Positions 18,340-25,600 of a DNA stretch of 38,929 nt are shown piece after piece (within the stretch, counting starts at the first letter, position 1; every line of letters starts with the position of its first letter). The notes beneath the pieces are model-generated. The model did no database searches, was not told where the DNA came from, and worked only from the letters and a program-made list of their open reading frames with translations. Position numbers and translations under genes: made by a program. Source of the DNA: Candidatus Poseidoniaceae archaeon (GTDB lineage: Archaea; Thermoplasmatota; Poseidoniia; Poseidoniales; Poseidoniaceae); assembly GCA_949538025.1 (NCBI GenBank), contig CATISI010000088.1:1-38929 (forward strand), written 5' to 3'.

Positions 18340-20522
18340 GCAATCACCTCCGATACATGTGCATCGAGCGAGGAGATTTGCAGTGAGAATTGAATGGGTT
18401 CTCCCGCCGTATGCCAGACGGATTCTACGGTTCCAAATCCTGGGTCTGGGACCCAACCGACATAGTCTGTCAGAAGATCCAATCGGCCAGGATAGATGGT
18501 CCAATCTTCACTCGCTTCAAGACCTTGGGTGGAGGTTGCGGCAATAGCTCCTCCGTAAGGTTCTGCCCATCCACGACGTACCTCATAGGCAACATCACTT
18601 GCAAGCGATGTTCGCTTCGTTAACGTCACCTCCATGGCAAGTATGCCTCCTCCCACAGCAGAGTCACTGGTCGGATGAAGCGCTGGAATTGTTGCAGCAA
18701 ATCGTGGTCCTGGGCCACCTCGGTCCGCAGGTGCAACCAAGACCGTCGGCTTGTATTCTGGGTGATTGGTTAAGACGGCACCACCACTCATAGCAACTTC
18801 CATTCCCGTAACAGAGGACTCAAAGCCATAGACGAATCGTGAAATCTGCATGACCCAAGCAGAACCGATTGGGGTGTAAGGTTCCTCAACGATTAGGCCA
18901 TACAGTTCGATGTGCAAACTCGCAGGATAATCACCCGTTTTCCATGCTTCTTGCAAGTCAGCGATGCTGCGACCACCCATGCTCGTCCATGGCATGGTTA
19001 GGTCGACCCAACCAGATGCAGTGACGTCGATAGAGACGCAGCGTCGTGCACCTTCATGGATGCTGTCCAGAAGTCCAATCGAACCGTGATCGGCAAAGGC
19101 ATAGACGCCGTGACCTTCCTCGGTTTGAACGTTGATTTCTTGGCCATCGACGGAAACAATCAACGATTCACTCTGATTAAGTACAGTCTCGTTTTCGGAC
19201 AGCGTCGAGATATTCAATATCGTTTGATCTCCATTGCTCTTCAACTCGAGATTGAACGCGCTTGAAGTGTTTGAATGAACCCGTAATCCCGATTCCATTC
19301 CAGTATCAACCGCTCCAATTTGGTAAACACCAACTGGGGATGATGCTCCGGTCCAAATCACTGAAATTGGTTGTTCACTTTGCAACATACTAGCACCATC
19401 GAGGTCAACAGGAGGCCATGCAACGCTGTAACTGCTCAACTCGTCAATGGTCACACCAGACCCTCGCCATGTCACCGTTGCTGGTTCCTCGTTCGGATTA
19501 GAGAGGAGAAGGAATCCTTCCTTTGTTGGAGGAATAAAGGACGTCCCGTGTATTGAACCTGTAAGGCTCTTCCATGTTGCTGTACCCTCTCCACCAATCG
19601 TGATCAACAACTGGGCATCGGTCGTGGTTGTGATGTGAACGACTTGAGCTACATCGATGGACATGGCCTTGCTCCAACTCGTTCGCACACCAACGAGATC
19701 CGATGGAAGGGCCACCTCTGTAAAGTCACCAAATGCCCCGTTTCCGTGAACCATCATGACCTCCTGTGAAACAATGTTCAACTGAACATTGCCCATTGGT
19801 AGTGGTAAAGCCCACGACCGTCCAAGTCCATTCGCATTCGCATCGGTGGCTCGAACCTCAGTGGTGCCTTTTCCATCTCGCATCCAATAAACGACGAGCT
19901 CTTGGCTTGATTCAATCGACCAATCTGCACCGTCAAGTTCCCATTCTTGAACATCATCGACGAACAATTCAGCAGACTGATCGACCAAACCGTTGCGGAG
20001 CAGTTCCACATCGATTGGTCCAAGAGGAAAGCTCAATCCAGGTTTGGTTGTAAGTATCACACCGTCTGCCCAATCTGGAGCGTCGTAATGGTACGGACGA
20101 TCGGGCCCGAGCCTTAAGTCCGAGAAGCAAGCGGTTGAAGTTCTGGATTCGGGGTGCTTCAACTTCAGTGTATCATCAAAATCGAGAACATCTCGAATTC
20201 GGAAGGAGTGGTCCTCTTGCCAAGTTGAAGAATACCACATGCCACTACGCATCATGTCCCATGCGAGGGAGCCATCAACTGGAACAAACTCTTGGGTGAC
20301 CACATCGCCAGGCATTCCTTGTTCGGAGAGTGTCGTTGTTTGGTGATTGAATTGCGTCATCTGTGCAGACATATCATGTCGCTCAACGCTGCCTTCCAAT
20401 TCCTCGATAACAGGAATCATTGTGAGCATCATCAGGCTGATGATGGAGATGACTCCACCAAACAGCAGCACGGTCGCAATAGCTGCTGACACGGCCTCCT
20501 CGTCACGATGCAACTCCATCAT
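18336..20522 (-). CDS. Large (728 aa) pilin-like protein: archaeal class III signal peptide plus a ~690-aa extracellular domain of unknown fold
   Basis: The N-terminus is MMELHRDEEA/VSAAIATVLLFGGVISIISLMMLTMIPVI, i.e. a charged leader, Ala, then VS... and a hydrophobic helix, as in archaeal Pilin_N/DUF1628-type proteins. GGTGA lies 4 nt upstream of the ATG. The start overlaps the upstream stop (ATGA at 20519-20522). Confidence 0.8.
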   Translation of the reverse strand: MMELHRDEEAVSAAIATVLLFGGVISIISLMMLTMIPVIEELEGSVERHDMSAQMTQFNHQTTTLSEQGMPGDVVTQEFVPVDGSLAWDMMRSGMWYSSTWQEDHSFRIRDVLDFDDTLKLKHPESRTSTACFSDLRLGPDRPYHYDAPDWADGVILTTKPGLSFPLGPIDVELLRNGLVDQSAELFVDDVQEWELDGADWSIESSQELVVYWMRDGKGTTEVRATDANANGLGRSWALPLPMGNVQLNIVSQEVMMVHGNGAFGDFTEVALPSDLVGVRTSWSKAMSIDVAQVVHITTTTDAQLLITIGGEGTATWKSLTGSIHGTSFIPPTKEGFLLLSNPNEEPATVTWRGSGVTIDELSSYSVAWPPVDLDGASMLQSEQPISVIWTGASSPVGVYQIGAVDTGMESGLRVHSNTSSAFNLELKSNGDQTILNISTLSENETVLNQSESLIVSVDGQEINVQTEEGHGVYAFADHGSIGLLDSIHEGARRCVSIDVTASGWVDLTMPWTSMGGRSIADLQEAWKTGDYPASLHIELYGLIVEEPYTPIGSAWVMQISRFVYGFESSVTGMEVAMSGGAVLTNHPEYKPTVLVAPADRGGPGPRFAATIPALHPTSDSAVGGGILAMEVTLTKRTSLASDVAYEVRRGWAEPYGGAIAATSTQGLEASEDWTIYPGRLDLLTDYVGWVPDPGFGTVESVWHTAGEPIQFSLQISSLDAHVSEVIA

Positions 20523-21559
20523 GCATTCACCGCCAATCGTCGTACGTCGATCTCAAGGTAGAGGGGTTGACCCTGTGTTTCCACCGTTAAACCGTCGCTT
20601 CCACTCGCTCTCTGGTACGGAGTGATTCCAACGAATTCACCAAGTGTTCCTGATGCCCGACTAATGGTGTACTCGTTGAGCCAAGCTTCGTGGTACTGCG
20701 GGTCGATGACGGAATGGAGTGTGTTGGTGACCTTGATTTGAAGGTTGTACGATTCACCCGTAAACAATTGAATTGGTCCAAGGGATTCGACCTTGAATCC
20801 AACGTTTGGACCATTCCCAAGCGCATTGCCCAAACGGAGGTCTGTAAGAACTATTGAAAGTCTTGTGGAGCCATCGACCAGTGTATCAAGGCGCAACTTT
20901 GGTGCCTCTTCAATGGTCCATGAGGTTGTCGGATCTCGAGAAATCCTCGCATCGTTAATCAATGCAATTTGGTTCATTCCTCCATCGATTGCTGTGTTGA
21001 TACTCAGGCCTGAAAGAACGAAGCGTGACCATCGGTGGACATGGTCACCTCCTGCATTGTAGAAATCGATGATGAGAAATGCTTCACTGTCCATGCTGTG
21101 ATCTAGGGTTGTCCATTCGAACGAAGGTGTAACAGTAAACTGAGTTGTATTCTGAACGGCTTGTACAACCACATTCGTCACAGATTCATTGAGAGCCATA
21201 AATTCAAACGATGTTGCATTCAATTCGTTTACTTTGACCACTTCGAGCGGCGATAAATCAGCGGCAATCGTCCACTCTTCGACAAGATTCGCAGGATTGA
21301 TTGAGGACGATTTTAAGGACAGAGCTTGGCGTGTACCAGTACCATCTGGTGCATCACCAACAACATCGATACGGTCTTCAATTCGGTCTGCAATGTTACT
21401 GGCACTGTTCCAGTTGGTGTTGTCGTGAAACGCAACCAAGTATGGATTGAGGAAAATCCAGACGCCGCCCATGATTGTAATGACCATGGCAAGCATCATG
21501 ATGACGCCGAGGATTTCACTAACGGCATCGTCATCTTCAGCAGTTCTACGCCGACGCAT
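20519..21559 (-). CDS. Pilin-like protein (346 aa) with an archaeal type IV pilin N-terminal signal
   Basis: The N-terminus is MRRRRTAEDDDA/VSEILGVIMMLAMVITIMGGVWIF. This closely matches the archaeal pilin N-terminal consensus ((D/E)(R/x)AVSxVIGVILMVAITV). GGGGAGG lies 5 nt upstream of the ATG at 21559. Confidence 0.85.
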   Translation of the reverse strand: MRRRRTAEDDDAVSEILGVIMMLAMVITIMGGVWIFLNPYLVAFHDNTNWNSASNIADRIEDRIDVVGDAPDGTGTRQALSLKSSSINPANLVEEWTIAADLSPLEVVKVNELNATSFEFMALNESVTNVVVQAVQNTTQFTVTPSFEWTTLDHSMDSEAFLIIDFYNAGGDHVHRWSRFVLSGLSINTAIDGGMNQIALINDARISRDPTTSWTIEEAPKLRLDTLVDGSTRLSIVLTDLRLGNALGNGPNVGFKVESLGPIQLFTGESYNLQIKVTNTLHSVIDPQYHEAWLNEYTISRASGTLGEFVGITPYQRASGSDGLTVETQGQPLYLEIDVRRLAVNA

Positions 21560-21625
21560 CTTGGCCTCCCCTTATTCTACGTAGTTCTTCGGCTGCATTT
21601 AGGCATTGACCTCAGGGTTGCTGTT

Positions 21626-22456
21626 TTACAGCAGTTCTCGTTGAATACGTTGAATGGCGTTGGTAGCGAATCCATCTCCGTCACGACGTCCGATGAAGTG
21701 CGAAAATTGTGGTCCATCTTGGAGTGAAATGTTGATGTCTCCCTCAAACACTTCATCGATCTCAAACAAGACTGTTGATTCTGCCAGATGGGGTGCATTG
21801 TTCATTTCAGAAAGGTGTGTCAGAGTAATGCTCCTCGTCTTGTCCGTGCATACTTGTGCGAGAAATTCACCTGTTTGCAAATTGGACAAGTGTCCTCCTC
21901 TGCCGGTAATTCGATCTTTGAGGGATGATGGATAAGGTCCAGACATCAACCTGTTTCGATCGTAGTTTGCTTCAACTGCAATGTGTTGGCAACCTCGGAC
22001 ATGATGTACCAACTCATCTGTCCAGCTTCCCAAGTCAGTGATAATCGCTGAACGTTCTCCTCCATGGCTTGCTACGAAGGCCACATTGTCTGCACCTGAA
22101 TGAGGGACTGGAACAGGCAAGAGGGAAATGCCGTTGTTGAACGGTAAGACGTCAAGCGCCTCAAACGGCAGTGTTAATTCAGGCAGTAAGCCGAGTTCTG
22201 CACTGGTTCTGCTATTAGCGTAGACTGGAACTTTCCACCGCTTCTGAGCGATGAGTGCGCCTCCACCATGATCGCCATGATGGTGTGTGATGACAATCGC
22301 CTCAAGTTCATCTGGAGATACATCAAGCATGTTGAGTCTCTTCTCCAGTTGGACTCCACTGAACCCTTGATCGACGAGGATGTGGGATGAACCTGAACTT
22401 AGCAACGTGGCATTGCCACGACTGCCAGTGCCAAGGTGCGTGATTGACATTCCCAT
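21626..22456 (-). CDS. Metallo-beta-lactamase-fold hydrolase (YycJ/PhnP-like, COG1235-type)
   Basis: ITHLGTGSRGNATLLSSGSSHILVDQGFS is followed by the zinc motif VITHHHGDHGGG (HxHxDH). I prefer the start at ATG 22456 (MGMSITHLG) or 22450 over the track start at 22546, because homologues begin just before the LGTGS strand. The gene is on the same strand as the pilin-like genes and ends 66 bp upstream of them. Confidence 0.8.
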   Translation of the reverse strand: MGMSITHLGTGSRGNATLLSSGSSHILVDQGFSGVQLEKRLNMLDVSPDELEAIVITHHHGDHGGGALIAQKRWKVPVYANSRTSAELGLLPELTLPFEALDVLPFNNGISLLPVPVPHSGADNVAFVASHGGERSAIITDLGSWTDELVHHVRGCQHIAVEANYDRNRLMSGPYPSSLKDRITGRGGHLSNLQTGEFLAQVCTDKTRSITLTHLSEMNNAPHLAESTVLFEIDEVFEGDINISLQDGPQFSHFIGRRDGDGFATNAIQRIQRELL

Positions 22457-22619
22457 TCGAATCGTAGTAAGGCGAGTGCAGACGGATATTGAATACACCG
22501 CTCGAATTTGGTAAAAATCGCTAATATTCACGCCACAACCACGCAACCGTGTATGAACAACGCTCCATCATTGCTATAAGCGTGGAGACAAGGAGTTTGG
22601 ATAGGGCGTTACGCCGTAG
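22457..22619. promoter_or_regulatory. Divergent intergenic region between the MBL/pilin-like operon (-) and the giant TSP3-repeat operon (+)
   Basis: 163 bp of non-coding DNA between divergent starts. It contains the TATA-like GCTATAAG (22573-22580), GGATATTGA (22484-22492) and TAATATTCA (22522-22530). The near-palindrome GGCGTTACGCC (22605-22615) lies immediately before the GTG start. Confidence 0.4.
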
Positions 22620-25600
22620 GTGATTGTATTGCGTAGGAGCCAGACCACTTTACTCACCTCCCTTGCTGTGATTGCAGGGCTGCTGTTCATGTCGCAGTTC
22701 CCTGTCATCTCCCCCGTTTCGAACGTTCATCCTGATGATACATTCGGCGAAAAACCGCCAACAACGGACACGGACGGAGATGGCATTCCAGATGTTCACG
22801 AGAACATTTTCGAAGAGTGGATTAATTTCTCTGCCGTCGATGGACGCCTCGTAACGATGAAGGGTCTCGACAAAAGCGATGCATCGGACGCTGATTTTGA
22901 TGTTGATCGAGACGGACTAAACAATACCGAAGAGTATTGTTGGCCTTATCCCGACAATTGCAACGATCCCGGTTTTTCACGAGGTCTAACAGGAACACTT
23001 GATGAGAACGGCGACAGAATCTACCTCGACCCTCGTGTCTCTGACACAGACGGAGATGGTATGCCCGATGGATTTGAAGCATGGATGTGCGATCGTGCAG
23101 GTGGTTTTGATGAAGTGACGCAACGTTATGTCTGCCCATACTTCGACCCATTGAACGCAAGTGACCAAACCGATGACCCAGATGAGGATGGTTTCGATGT
23201 CAATCGCGACGGATTCCTCACGGTTGCAGAACAGTACACTTCTCCAGAAGAATATCGCTACGGTATGCCAGGGAATTTCACCCACGAATTGGATGGATTA
23301 TGGTGTTCAGCAACGCTTCCACAAGGTTCCGTTTTGACACAGTGGCCATTCATTACCAACGGAGCGAATGCATCCTTTGTGAACATTCTACCAGCCTGTA
23401 CGAGCAATGCTACTGGTGTTGTTGGTGAAGACCTTTGGCTAGGGACCGACCCGCTGCTTGACGATTCGGATCGCTATAGTTGGGACGGTTTTGCGATTCG
23501 TCCACTTTATCCCTCGTTTGGAGATGGAATGCCGGATGGTTGGGAAGTACACTTTGGACTCAATCCATTGAACCGCTCAAACGCTTTGCTCGACGATGAC
23601 CGAGACGGCTGGGATTTGAATCGAGATGGACTCGTTTCTGCTGATGTGAGTCGGACCGACACAGCCATTGCACTGGGTGAATCATTGTCCAACCTTGAGG
23701 AATTTTACACGCACAACGACGAAGGCAATACCGTACGCTCGGGTCTTCGAGAGGTCCAATTGGGCGTGAATGATTCATCGTTCAAGGAGTATCCTTTGAT
23801 ATTCAATGCCATACCCGGATCTCTTTCTGTTATGCACCATGATGTTCGAAGTATACTCGTCGAGGGTTCGACCGGGTATTATCTGACACGTTACGGGATG
23901 ACAACGATTGACTACGAAACAGAAACAACCCAGGATCAGTGGTTCCCGCAAGGAATTACCGGATACGAAGCAGCCTTTGTCGAATCTGAGAACGGTCCAC
24001 ATTCAGTTGCTATTGCAACTTCACATGGAATACATGTTGCTGCTTTGCAAGTCGATGGTTTTGTCGAACCAATCGAGTCGTGGTCTTCAACAGAAGCAGT
24101 TGAGGTCTTCGCTCTTCAACAACTCGCTATCGAAGGTTCAAGCCAACAACTCATTGCATTGGGTTCCAACGGCGATGGTATGGTTGTCGAAGTAAATGCA
24201 GGCGGTCAAATCACACAAACCTACGAACTTGGATCCAATTTGAAGTCCGCTCTGATGCAAGACGAAGTTGTTGTTACTGAACTAGAGCATGGAAATGTTC
24301 CGGGTGGTGGCTTGGTGCTTTACATTGGTACAGAGCGAGGCATGATGACACTAGAATCTGCCACAGGGCGGGACGATGCTTCCCCGACATGGAGATTCTT
24401 CTTCGACGCAAATCCCTCGAACATCCCGAACAGGATTGATGATTTGAGAACGCTCAATCTCGGTGCGACTGGAAATCCAGCAGAGGTCCAAGCCCTTGTT
24501 CTTGATGGTCCTAATCCTCAAAATCCAACCGCTCTCTGGATTGGTACTCCATCTGGTTTGCATCGTTTGAATCTCGAACTGAACGATATGTCGTTTGGGG
24601 ATCTCCTTGAGCATCCAGGTGGCGATGCAGACGAACTCGCAAAATCCAACAATATTCATTCGATCTATCCGACGGGTAATGAAATCCTTGTTGGTTCATC
24701 CGACGGTTTGTGGGTCCTTGCAGGGAACTATCTGGATGTCTATGGCCTCCAATCCAATTCCGAAATGCCCGGTGAAATCGCATCCATTGCCATCATGGAG
24801 CGTGATGGAGAAACCTACATCCTCGGTGCATCGGCACCTGGTCGGTTTGCAAATTTGGAGCTCATGGACCCGGGTGCGAACGATTCAGACAGTGACGGAA
24901 TGCCTGATGGGTGGGAGCTTGCTTACGGTTTAGACCCAACCGATCCATGGGATGCACTTCTCGATGGAGATGTCGATGGACTCCGGTTGAATGGAGGCGA
25001 TGAAATCGATCGTTGGTGGACCAACCTCGAGGAATATCGCTACGTTGCACGAACTGTAGACGGCTACAATTCTACCATGCCCAATCAGAGCGATTCCGAC
25101 ATGGATGGCTTGATGGATGGTGCCGAATTCTTTGGCTACTACCTTAGTGAAACAAATTTTGATTGTTACTACACTCCACAACTGGTTTACACCTGCGACG
25201 AAGCCTTAGGTGAACAAGCAAGAACGACCTACAGCAGCCTGAACTCGATCGATGTCGGTACCGATCCAACCGTGCTGGACACGGACGGAGATGGGATGCC
25301 CGATGGGTGGGAGATTGAACATCGTCGATGGGTTGGCAACTCCTTTACCGGTGGGAACAATTGGTCGCTTGATCCAACACGTGCAGACGATGCGGCGTGG
25401 GATGCTGATCAAGACGGATTAGCAAACTTGTGTGAATATCAATGGTCGCTTGTACGAAAGGCCGGTCTTCAAGGGGACTTGTTTGAAGAGTTTGGCGAGT
25501 CTCCTGAGGCGGTTGCAACGTGGTCTGTCCCAGATCCGAACCTCGTTGATTCAGACGGTGACACCTTGCCTGATGGTTGGGAAGCTGATGCTCAATGCAC

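Noticed and set aside
18340-18504. Upstream part of track ORF 17869-18504
   Set aside because: It would overlap the 3' end of the 728-aa gene by 169 nt. The in-frame TTG at 18339 has GGAGGTGA upstream and a TTGA stop-start overlap, and it yields a pilin-like N-terminus.
22591-22595. AGGAG as Shine-Dalgarno for the TSP3 giant gene
   Set aside because: It lies 25 nt upstream of the only possible start (an in-frame TAG at 22617 blocks extension). That is too far to act as a functional SD, so it is probably a chance match.
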